Source: a virus
Taxonomy: Duplodnaviria; Caudoviricetes
DNA: 38,308 nt
Virus record (IMG/VR): IMGVR_UViG_3300043410_000662
Coordinates: 1 to 38,308 of that record
Direction: 5' to 3' (one strand)
The position numbers were made by a program, and so were the translations under genes. The notes below the pieces were generated by a model. That model worked only from the letters and a program-made list of their open reading frames with translations. It was not told where the DNA came from and did no database searches. Shown one piece after another: positions 28,241 to 35,296 of this stretch; within the stretch, counting starts at the first letter, position 1; the number at the start of each line of letters is the position of its first letter.

Positions 28241-29663
28241 ACCAAACAACATAGTTAGGGCTCTCGGTAGATCCAGCTAGTATTTCTTCCATAGTTGGAG
28301 TGCCATAGCCCATAACGCCCTGCTTGCGATGCTCAGCTCCAGGTGTGTGCTGTGGCATCTGAACATCCGTAATGTAGTTGGCACTGCTAGGACGCTCATT
28401 GTGCTGTAAGGAGAATAAGTGATGAATACCGTAACGTAGGCAGTCGCCAAGCGCATCCATGTGTGCGAATTGTTGCTCACTGTATTTTACTAGCTTAATG
28501 CGTGAAGCATCTTCATAGTGATAGTTATCAAGTGCTTCTAACAGTAATTGCTCACTTGCCTTAACCTTAAGACCACCACGAGCAATGAATGCGTTAGCGG
28601 AGTTATCAGTATCTCTAACCAGTGGATTAGAGCGTGTGCTGTTGTAGATAGTAAATCCCCACTTCTCTAAGATAGTACGATCAGTGATGCCAAAAGCAGA
28701 AGTAGTTGAGCGATTGTTATGTGAGCCTGTTGCGTCAATAACAGCATAGATGTTACGCTGTGAGTAATCACGGCGAATCGCTTGTGCTATTCCTTCTGTA
28801 GAACAATTAGGGATAGCGTAGGTTCCTAAGACTTCAATTGTTCCTTGTAGTGTTCCAGGGTTAGTAACTTGTGCTACGATGGCACACATACGCTTTGAGT
28901 TGAAGTCGTGGAAGGTATATAAGTCGCCACCACGGTCCATAACTTCTTCTACGCACATGGTACGATTCCAAGCCATAAAGAACTTGTCCTCTACCGATTC
29001 CCATACACAGTTATAGTCTTTGGCAAACTTAAGTGGAGACAGAATCTTGCGCTGTTGCTCAATGAATGCTCTATTACCTGCTCGCATTTGTTCGTATGTA
29101 AGATGACGAACAATCCAACGATCAGGCATGTTCTTAGCATTAGAGAATAGTGTGAACAGGGCATTAGCGCCATTAGGTGTGGAGATTACAATCATACGAC
29201 CTTCACTAAGATAATCACCAACTTTAGGTCTCAGACGGTTAGTAATTTCTAGTAAGGATTCTTCACTGTATAAGGATGCTTCGTCGGCTACCCAAATACC
29301 AGCGTTAATACCTCGTAAGTTTTCTTTTTGTTCTGCTGACTTACAACGAATATACGTTCCATTAGGAAACTTGATTGTCAGATCACTGTTGTTAATATCT
29401 TTTGGGTTAATATTGAAGTATGATTTACAAGAGTCTACAAGTGGACTCCATATTAGGGTCTTAATCATCTCACGTGTAGGAGCCGAATAGATAACATCTT
29501 TGCCCTTGTGATAACGACTATCACTTGCGAAGATAGGTAACGCTAGGGACGCTAAGAATGTTTTACCACTACCAACGGGAACAATATCCATACAGTTCTT
29601 GTCTGTTTCGAGCCAATCCTGTAAAATAGTTGTTTGTTCGCCGAATAATTTGAGTTCAGTCAT
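28239..29663 (-). CDS. terL: Terminase large subunit (start revised to MTELKLF, 474 aa)
   Basis: Walker A PVGSGKT, YSAPT, NLRG, Walker B IWVADEA, ISTPNG coupling motif, RNase H-like HDFN, IDATG and D..GD.LRY. Confidence 0.93.
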   Translation of the reverse strand: MTELKLFGEQTTILQDWLETDKNCMDIVPVGSGKTFLASLALPIFASDSRYHKGKDVIYSAPTREMIKTLIWSPLVDSCKSYFNINPKDINNSDLTIKFPNGTYIRCKSAEQKENLRGINAGIWVADEASLYSEESLLEITNRLRPKVGDYLSEGRMIVISTPNGANALFTLFSNAKNMPDRWIVRHLTYEQMRAGNRAFIEQQRKILSPLKFAKDYNCVWESVEDKFFMAWNRTMCVEEVMDRGGDLYTFHDFNSKRMCAIVAQVTNPGTLQGTIEVLGTYAIPNCSTEGIAQAIRRDYSQRNIYAVIDATGSHNNRSTTSAFGITDRTILEKWGFTIYNSTRSNPLVRDTDNSANAFIARGGLKVKASEQLLLEALDNYHYEDASRIKLVKYSEQQFAHMDALGDCLRYGIHHLFSLQHNERPSSANYITDVQMPQHTPGAEHRKQGVMGYGTPTMEEILAGSTESPNYVVW

Positions 29664-30057
29664 TTCGCCAATCAGGTAACTCAGTAGCAACAAACTGAAA
29701 CGCTGCCTGTAGGGTTTCACCATTAGAAGTGATATCAGTCTCAGATTTATCAGCAATTGCTTTCTTGCCTACCATGTCTAGGTAATCTTTAACTAAGCGT
29801 GAATCACCTGCCGTAATTGCTTTGACTACTTCATCTGCAATTAGTTCAGCAAATGATTTACCAGTAGCCCGATGTAGTTCTTCTAACAAGTCAGTGTATT
29901 GTACCTTATTAGTCTTACCCTTTTTGCGACCAGCGCCTTTGCGAGCACCGCCACGTGATGGTGATTTCACGCTATAGGGTTTGCGCTTAGGCTTATTTTC
30001 AGGTTTATTTTCAGGTTTATTTTCAGGTTTATCTAAAGTTTCTATTTGTATTGTCAT
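29656..30057 (-). CDS. terS: Terminase small subunit (133 aa)
   Basis: RGGARKGAGRKKG..NK basic motif and DITSNGE tail; overlaps the TerL start; N-terminal KPEN x3. Confidence 0.75.
   Translation of the reverse strand: MTIQIETLDKPENKPENKPENKPKRKPYSVKSPSRGGARKGAGRKKGKTNKVQYTDLLEELHRATGKSFAELIADEVVKAITAGDSRLVKDYLDMVGKKAIADKSETDITSNGETLQAAFQFVATELPDWRND
29993..30031. repeat. 12-bp tandem repeat TTATTTTCAGGT x3 (KPEN)
   Basis: Directly visible; in-frame within terS. Confidence 0.9.
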
Positions 30058-30392
30058 TGTTTACCTGCCTTCGTTGGTGTTATTTCTTTTACAATCTGAT
30101 TAGCACATTGCTGACGAAGTTTTAGATAATGAAACACTACACGATCTAATACCGTCTCATCAGGCTGTAATCCCTCTGCTTCTAAGAGCATACCTGCCAT
30201 TTGATAAGCATCATCTAACAGCACATGCGGCATGATTGATTCTTCTGCTTCTAGGTGTTGTACTGAGTAATACAATCTAACTGCCATGTCCTTGTAAGTG
30301 ATGTTGCGTTTTATATCACCTGGATATAAGGTAAATCTAGAGCCACGTGGCTTTTTAGGTGGTTGTTGAGATTCGGGTGTAGTTGTGCTCAT
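30054..30392 (-). CDS. Hypothetical protein (112 aa)
   Basis: ATGA coupling to terS; CATAAATA 4 nt before the ATG and no SD. Confidence 0.7.
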   Translation of the reverse strand: MSTTTPESQQPPKKPRGSRFTLYPGDIKRNITYKDMAVRLYYSVQHLEAEESIMPHVLLDDAYQMAGMLLEAEGLQPDETVLDRVVFHYLKLRQQCANQIVKEITPTKAGKQ

Positions 30393-30412
30393 GTATTATT
30401 TATGAGTTATAT

Positions 30413-30766
30413 TTACATTTTTATCATAGTATAGTCAAGCGGATCATCATGTGGGTCTAAGCCATCATACACTTTTTTAGTTGTCTTGTGTATGTATTTG
30501 GTTTTGCCATCTTTGATGAGATGTTGGTTCTTGATGCTCCACTGTGCTTTAATCTCTTCATATCTATCACCGCCTAAGATAATCTTAAGCTGTGTTTTGC
30601 TGTCATCTAAGGTAGGATTAATATCCCACTGAGATCCAGCAATCTGATCTAAGAATCCAACACACTTGTCTATTTCCTCATCGGTCATCCAGCGTGAGAG
30701 CTCAGCAACCATGCGATCAAACACACGAATGTTTTGGTTGTTAGGTTTGTCTATTAGTTGTTTCAT
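30413..30766 (-). CDS. Hypothetical protein (117 aa)
   Basis: Same-strand ORF filling the gap, plausible composition. Confidence 0.7.
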   Translation of the reverse strand: MKQLIDKPNNQNIRVFDRMVAELSRWMTDEEIDKCVGFLDQIAGSQWDINPTLDDSKTQLKIILGGDRYEEIKAQWSIKNQHLIKDGKTKYIHKTTKKVYDGLDPHDDPLDYTMIKM

Positions 30767-30832
30767 TTTAAGTAGTCAATTATTTTAGTATAAGTTTGAT
30801 ACAAGTGAAGACGATATAGTCGTAACCACACC

Positions 30833-31072
30833 TTACTGGAGTGTGTCTTTGTACGGTAGCTCATCGTCTTTACTAGGATGTAGATAATCGGCTAACTGTG
30901 CCTCGGCTACTAGGGATTGTAAGAAAGTTTTTACTACAGTAAGTGCGTAGAAGGCTTCGTCTTTGGATCTTGCTTGGGGTGAGTCTAGCTGCTCTAAGAC
31001 ATCTTGTAAGAGTGCGTCTAAGGTAATCCAATGTTCGCCATCTGGGGCTCTGGTGATTAGGTATCTGCTCAT
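30833..31072 (-). CDS. Hypothetical protein (79 aa)
   Basis: SD AAGGAA and ATGA overlap with the upstream gene. Confidence 0.7.
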   Translation of the reverse strand: MSRYLITRAPDGEHWITLDALLQDVLEQLDSPQARSKDEAFYALTVVKTFLQSLVAEAQLADYLHPSKDDELPYKDTLQ

Positions 31073-31344
31073 TTTGTTTCCTTAACTGGTTGTGTGTTTT
31101 CCCCAAATGGGAACTGTAAGTCTCGCCATGTGATAGTGCCACCCAGTGCTTCTAGCCAGCCGTTATCAGCAAACTCTTTAAGCTCGGTAAAGGCTTGAAT
31201 GTTTTGTGGCTGTGTAGAGTGGTCAATCATAATCTGTGCTTGTTCGGCAAGTACAGTCATTGCTGTCATGTATGCTACTTGTATCTTAGTAGCATCACTA
31301 CAGCGATATCCCTCTGGTAGACCAGGTCCAAGTTTGTAGTTCAT
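31069..31344 (-). CDS. Hypothetical protein (91 aa)
   Basis: ATGA overlaps at both ends. Confidence 0.7.
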   Translation of the reverse strand: MNYKLGPGLPEGYRCSDATKIQVAYMTAMTVLAEQAQIMIDHSTQPQNIQAFTELKEFADNGWLEALGGTITWRDLQFPFGENTQPVKETK

Positions 31345-31619
31345 AGTGGTTTCTTAAGTCTATTAATTGTCTGCCAGTACTCGAAATGCTGTAACATTCC
31401 TTGCTCTCTAACAAATTGATACAAGTCATCAACTAGCTCTAAGTCATCTACCAACCTGGTCATCATGTCATCACAGACATTAACCGCTGTGGTTTGGAGA
31501 ACCTCAACTGGGTCTGTAATCAAGTCACTTCTAGTATTAAAGCTTAAAGGCTTGACTCGATGTAGCTTGTGCGGTGACGGCGCTACATGTGCGCAGTATT
31601 TGCTCTCTAAGATAGACAT
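31341..31619 (-). CDS. Hypothetical protein (92 aa)
   Basis: SD GAGGA, TAATG and ATGA coupling. Confidence 0.7.
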   Translation of the reverse strand: MSILESKYCAHVAPSPHKLHRVKPLSFNTRSDLITDPVEVLQTTAVNVCDDMMTRLVDDLELVDDLYQFVREQGMLQHFEYWQTINRLKKPL

Positions 31620-31867
31620 TATTTTCCTCGTGCTCGTTTTGGTTTTTCTAGTGGTAAGCTCATTAACTGCTCAACTACGGTAGCCTGCGGCTCTTGCGGC
31701 TCTTGAGATTGTTGTGGGTTATTGGCGTAGTCGATCATTTGACGTAGGCGGTGTAGTTCTTCAATATCACTCTGCCACTGCTGATAGCCTTGTTGATCCA
31801 TAGTAACTTGAACGGTGCCGTCTTCAAACTGACGAACATAGTAGGTTGGGTTGGTAGTTATTGTCAT
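31619..31867 (-). CDS. Hypothetical protein (82 aa)
   Basis: Coupled to the downstream gene; QEP repeats and a basic tail. Confidence 0.65.
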   Translation of the reverse strand: MTITTNPTYYVRQFEDGTVQVTMDQQGYQQWQSDIEELHRLRQMIDYANNPQQSQEPQEPQATVVEQLMSLPLEKPKRARGK

Positions 31868-31885
31868 AATTAGTAGATTTATAAA

Positions 31886-32260
31886 TTATTTATTGTTTTG
31901 TTTGTTGTTTTGTTTATATAATTGGCAAGCATCACTCCATTTAATACCATGCTCAGACATTAAACGGTGAATTTGTTTATGGCGATTGATGTGTGCTTGA
32001 CTCATTGCTTGACGGTGTTCTGGGGATTTAGTAATACCTAATTTAGCTGCTCTCATGCGCTCTCGCTGAATCGGAGATTTAGGAATTCCTTTTAAAGTAG
32101 AACTACTGATAGCCGCACAGTGCGCATTATCAATAGGACCAAGACCACGCTGCCATGATGAATCAAGAATTTCATCAGGTCTACGATGACAGCGTTCTAC
32201 CTCGCCATCAACAATGCGATACCATCGTGTTGTTCCCTTTAGTGATCTGTGTTGTTTCAT
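31886..32260 (-). CDS. NUMOD3-repeat DNA-binding protein without a nuclease domain (124 aa)
   Basis: KGIPKSPIQRERMRAAKLGITKSPEHRQAMSQAH (two NUMOD3-like units) preceded by a KG..RWY...DG......P.....W.RG module; SD GAGGA. Confidence 0.7.
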   Translation of the reverse strand: MKQHRSLKGTTRWYRIVDGEVERCHRRPDEILDSSWQRGLGPIDNAHCAAISSSTLKGIPKSPIQRERMRAAKLGITKSPEHRQAMSQAHINRHKQIHRLMSEHGIKWSDACQLYKQNNKQNNK

Positions 32261-32646
32261 TTGGTGAATGTCCTCTTTTTCTTTACAATAACCTTAGGCT
32301 TCATAGGCTTCATAATAGATTGTGGTTTCCGCTCGACATCTAAGATTTTGCCGTGTTGGGTTGTTTTGATAAGGTAATCACGAGTTGACCATAGATATTC
32401 ATCACGGTAGTAGGGCTCACGGGTAGTTGGACAGATTTGCTTGAAAGTTTTTCGGTCAGTGCCTAGATATTTGGCATTGGCTAAGTCTATCTGCTTTGCG
32501 GCTTGTTCGGTGAATTGTTGTTGGGTAGTTTTTAGTTTTACCAGTGCTAGTTTAAGCAATGTATCAGTATCTAAATGAATTCGGCAGTTGGGTTGATTTG
32601 GTTGATTTGGTTGATTTGCTGTGGTTGATTGATTTGGTTTGGTCAT
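32257..32646 (-). CDS. Hypothetical protein (about 129 aa; start MTKPNQ preferred, 32658 possible)
   Basis: GAGG 7 nt before ATG 32646; NQP microrepeats; basic C-terminus. Confidence 0.6.
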   Translation of the reverse strand: MTKPNQSTTANQPNQPNQPNCRIHLDTDTLLKLALVKLKTTQQQFTEQAAKQIDLANAKYLGTDRKTFKQICPTTREPYYRDEYLWSTRDYLIKTTQHGKILDVERKPQSIMKPMKPKVIVKKKRTFTK

Positions 32647-32664
32647 TTGTTGCCTCATGATTTG

Positions 32665-32710
32665 TTCATATCTTATTTATCATGGAGTTAGATACCCTAT
32701 TTATTTTGCG
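32665..32710. repeat. 46-bp direct repeat, copy 1
   Basis: TTCATATCTTATTTATCATGGAGTTAGATACCCTATTTATTTTGCG; 45/46 identical to 33624-33669. Confidence 0.95.
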
Positions 32711-33628
32711 AAATATATAAGTCACATCCTTATTTTTTATTTTACGAATATTTGCCAGTGGTGATTTGAATCCAATAGTATCTACTAATGTCCATCCCAA
32801 TTTACTATGTGCTTGAATAACATCACCACTAAGATCGTTACCGCCAAAGTTCATTACGTTCCAAGCAGAAATACCGTCGTCTTTCAATATTGATATTGAT
32901 TTTTCAATTAGTGGAACTAACCAATTATCACGCCATAACTCATATGTAGTAAACTTATTGTAGCATTGATTATTGTCGCCTGTATATACTTCTAAATTGA
33001 AATATGGTGGACTTGTTAGAACTATATCAACTTTAGGTAATGTTGTGAAATCCAGTTCTTCTACTGGATGATTGTGTAGTTTTACTAAATGGTTTGTATT
33101 AGTAAAGGCGATGATTTCAAGCAAGTTGTTGTAAGTATCTATATTAGGCTCACAAGAGATATATTGCCAATCTTTACTGGTAGTGCCTAGCATTCTGCCA
33201 CCCCAACCAGCACATGGGTCAAACAAGACGCCTTGCTTTTTGTTAGTCATCTCTATAATCTGTCTGCTGAAATGTGGTCGATAATAACTGCTATTAGGTA
33301 AGCCATTAGCCATATACACTGCTCTGCGAATCCAGCTCATCCATAAATTAGTCATTGAATTCAGACCCCATTGCCTAATCTTATCCATCTTATCATAATC
33401 TTGCCAACACTTGGCAAATGAATTGCCTTGACTATTTTGAATATCCCAGAAATTATCACAAAAATGCTGACATAACTTCATACCAGGTTTGAATTGACTG
33501 CCTGTCTTATAGTGTGTAGTAGTTCTAAGTTTATTCCAATCATTGATGAGTTCTTGATGGGTATAGTTGTATCGGTAGTCGGTATCTATTAGTTGTTGGG
33601 TAGTTATGTGTTCGTCCAATGGTTTCAT
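32666..33628 (-). CDS. Amino-DNA methyltransferase (N4-C or N6-A; 320 aa)
   Basis: Motif I LFDPCAGWGGR followed by motif IV LTSPPYF; no recognisable cognate restriction enzyme adjacent. Confidence 0.9.
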   Translation of the reverse strand: MKPLDEHITTQQLIDTDYRYNYTHQELINDWNKLRTTTHYKTGSQFKPGMKLCQHFCDNFWDIQNSQGNSFAKCWQDYDKMDKIRQWGLNSMTNLWMSWIRRAVYMANGLPNSSYYRPHFSRQIIEMTNKKQGVLFDPCAGWGGRMLGTTSKDWQYISCEPNIDTYNNLLEIIAFTNTNHLVKLHNHPVEELDFTTLPKVDIVLTSPPYFNLEVYTGDNNQCYNKFTTYELWRDNWLVPLIEKSISILKDDGISAWNVMNFGGNDLSGDVIQAHSKLGWTLVDTIGFKSPLANIRKIKNKDVTYIFRKINRVSNSMINKI

Positions 33629-33669
33629 ATCTTATTTATCATAGAGTTAGATACCCTATTTATTTTGCG
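33624..33669. repeat. 46-bp direct repeat, copy 2
   Basis: TTCATATCTTATTTATCATAGAGTTAGATACCCTATTTATTTTGCG; contains the MTase ATG and two TAAATA motifs on the minus strand. Confidence 0.95.
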
Positions 33670-33675
33670 GTTACC

Positions 33676-33712
33676 AAAGCAAAGAGCCCCCGACTTTTAC
33701 GTTAGGGGCTCT
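33676..33712 (-). terminator. Intrinsic terminator closing the non-coding unit
   Basis: AGAGCCCC-taacgtaaaagtcg-GGGGCTCT followed by TTGCTTT. Confidence 0.75.
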
Positions 33713-33933
33713 AGATACCTGAAATATTCATAAAATGTTATATCAACTTTACGGAAATACCTACATGAGAATGTTGGACTACTTTAACGTTGTAGTAAAC
33801 TAGGTTTACTGGTAGTAAACAGGGCAGAACACCTATTAACCAATCAAAATACAGAAAATGCCTGGGTGTTCATGGTATCTGCTGGCGCTTAACGACCGCC
33901 GGTCAACATAGGAGACATTGAGTACAATGTCAA
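33676..33933 (-). ncRNA. Candidate ~255-nt structured non-coding RNA of unknown family
   Basis: ORF-poor gap bounded by GATAAATA (33937-33944) and a terminator; several 7-bp stems, some nested. Confidence 0.6.
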
Positions 33934-33939
33934 TAGTAT

Positions 33940-34560
33940 TTATCGTTGGTGTAGATCAATGAATGTTTTATGTAGATTATCCGCTAATTCCTTGACGGTT
34001 TCTCGCTCAAAATCAAATGGAGTTAGTGGTGCGACATTCTTATAAATGTAGTCTAGCTTATTTACCACAATACCAAGTCCTTCTCGAACATGTGGGATTT
34101 TAGAGTTAAATAACTTAACTTGCTTAGTCATGAGTTCATGACTTTCCTTCATCTCCGTATATTTTGGATAAAATTCATTCGCTAATTTTTCAAGCGAAGC
34201 CTCGTTATCAGCAAGTGTTTTTTCTCGCCTTTTTAACTCAGACATCTTCTTTAGATGCTCCAATTCTAATTCTTGGCGTTGCTTAGATATTTTTTTATCA
34301 GCCATTTCTGTAGTGATTTTATCGATATTAGCCTCCTTTTCTAGCAATTCCGCTGTTTTACGAGCAATCTCTTTTTCACGGTAGTCAAGGTGTGTCTCTT
34401 TAATTTCATTAGCTTTTCGTAACTCGGCTGATACTTCGGCACGTGCCTGTTGTTTAGCTTCGTCAACGTATTTTTGACAGTCAGTAACCATTCTAGCTAA
34501 TCTAGATGTATATTTCTGTATCTCGTCTACTGAGCTTCTAACTTGATCTACTGTGTTCAT
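33940..34560 (-). CDS. Coiled-coil hypothetical protein (206 aa)
   Basis: E/K-rich heptad pattern; SD AAGGAA; ATGA overlap. Confidence 0.75.
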   Translation of the reverse strand: MNTVDQVRSSVDEIQKYTSRLARMVTDCQKYVDEAKQQARAEVSAELRKANEIKETHLDYREKEIARKTAELLEKEANIDKITTEMADKKISKQRQELELEHLKKMSELKRREKTLADNEASLEKLANEFYPKYTEMKESHELMTKQVKLFNSKIPHVREGLGIVVNKLDYIYKNVAPLTPFDFERETVKELADNLHKTFIDLHQR

Positions 34561-35120
34561 TTGTATTCCTTTGGTAATTTTGGCTGATGTATCACTGATA
34601 TACTAGGTAATAGAGGTACATCGAGTGGTTCTTCTAAGTCTTTAGTAAATTCTGCTAAGAATAATGGGTCTATGTATTGATATCGCTCTACTGTAGCATA
34701 TCCACGTGAGCAGTCACTTTTAAACACCCATTCCTGATTGTAACCTAGTTCAAAATAGGTGTTTATTTTATCAGAATCAAAGTGAGTATCTACATATTCA
34801 ATAATGGTATTGGTATCTGGATCATAAGCATCTGCTACATAATATCCACCATCGTAATCGATTCTATGCTCTAATAGATAACCCCACTGTTTGCGACCAT
34901 GTAACTGCCATTCAAGGTGCCATTCTCCCATTTCGTATCCTAATCGCTGATAAGATTCCCCATTAATAGACCTCCAATGGTGTGTGTTTATCTCCCCTGC
35001 CACTGGGATAAGTTCTATTTCTTGATTAACAGGGCTGTGATATCTCTGTTTAACTTGTTTTGCCTCTAAGGGAAGATATTGAAGTCCATCTTCGCCTATG
35101 GCTATTGGTGCCCAACTCAT
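34557..35120 (-). CDS. CoiA-like PD-(D/E)XK nuclease (start revised to MSWAP, 187 aa)
   Basis: LIPVAGEINTHHW, EWH.EWQ, E.RI......ADAY......IIEY.DTH and terminal WVF match the CoiA-like layout; SD AAGGAG before ATG 35120. Confidence 0.55.
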   Translation of the reverse strand: MSWAPIAIGEDGLQYLPLEAKQVKQRYHSPVNQEIELIPVAGEINTHHWRSINGESYQRLGYEMGEWHLEWQLHGRKQWGYLLEHRIDYDGGYYVADAYDPDTNTIIEYVDTHFDSDKINTYFELGYNQEWVFKSDCSRGYATVERYQYIDPLFLAEFTKDLEEPLDVPLLPSISVIHQPKLPKEYK

Positions 35121-35154
35121 TAATTTGCTCCTTTTCTTAGTTATTGCTAATATT

Positions 35155-35271
35155 TTCTGCTGAATAATCTGCGTAATTTGAGGTTGACGGTCTGCCGACA
35201 AATAAAAAAAATAAAAAATTTCTTTGAGGTGGCTGGACTGAAGTCGAAAATCAGCAGATTATTCAGCAGAA
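35155..35271. repeat. Perfect 18-bp inverted repeat around an A-tract spacer (candidate origin)
   Basis: TTCTGCTGAATAATCTGC (35155-35172) and GCAGATTATTCAGCAGAA (35254-35271), 81-bp spacer. Confidence 0.9.
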
Positions 35272-35296
35272 GGGGTACGCTAAACCCCTTCATCTG

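Noticed and set aside
30873-31142. 89-aa alternative minus-strand ORF
   Set aside because: Overlaps the coupled 79-aa and 91-aa genes in another frame.
32665-33669. Repeat-flanked MTase as an IS element or attL/attR pair
   Set aside because: No transposase, integrase or terminal inverted repeats; the repeats are promoter/start regions.
33735-33803. Plus-strand 22-aa ORF (MLYQLYGNTYMRMLDYFNVVVN) as a type I toxin opposite the ncRNA
   Set aside because: No SD, no evident plus-strand promoter and not a transmembrane-type peptide; not fully excluded.
33844-33873. Minus-strand mini-ORF MNTQAFSVF as a tmRNA tag or leader peptide
   Set aside because: No tRNA-like ends or T-arm, no Ala-Ala type ending and no SD.
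7255-35201. Longest-ORF starts at 7284, 7801, 22579, 25095, 26633, 29756 and 35201
   Set aside because: They overlap upstream genes or regulatory structure; downstream ATGs have better SD or coupling.
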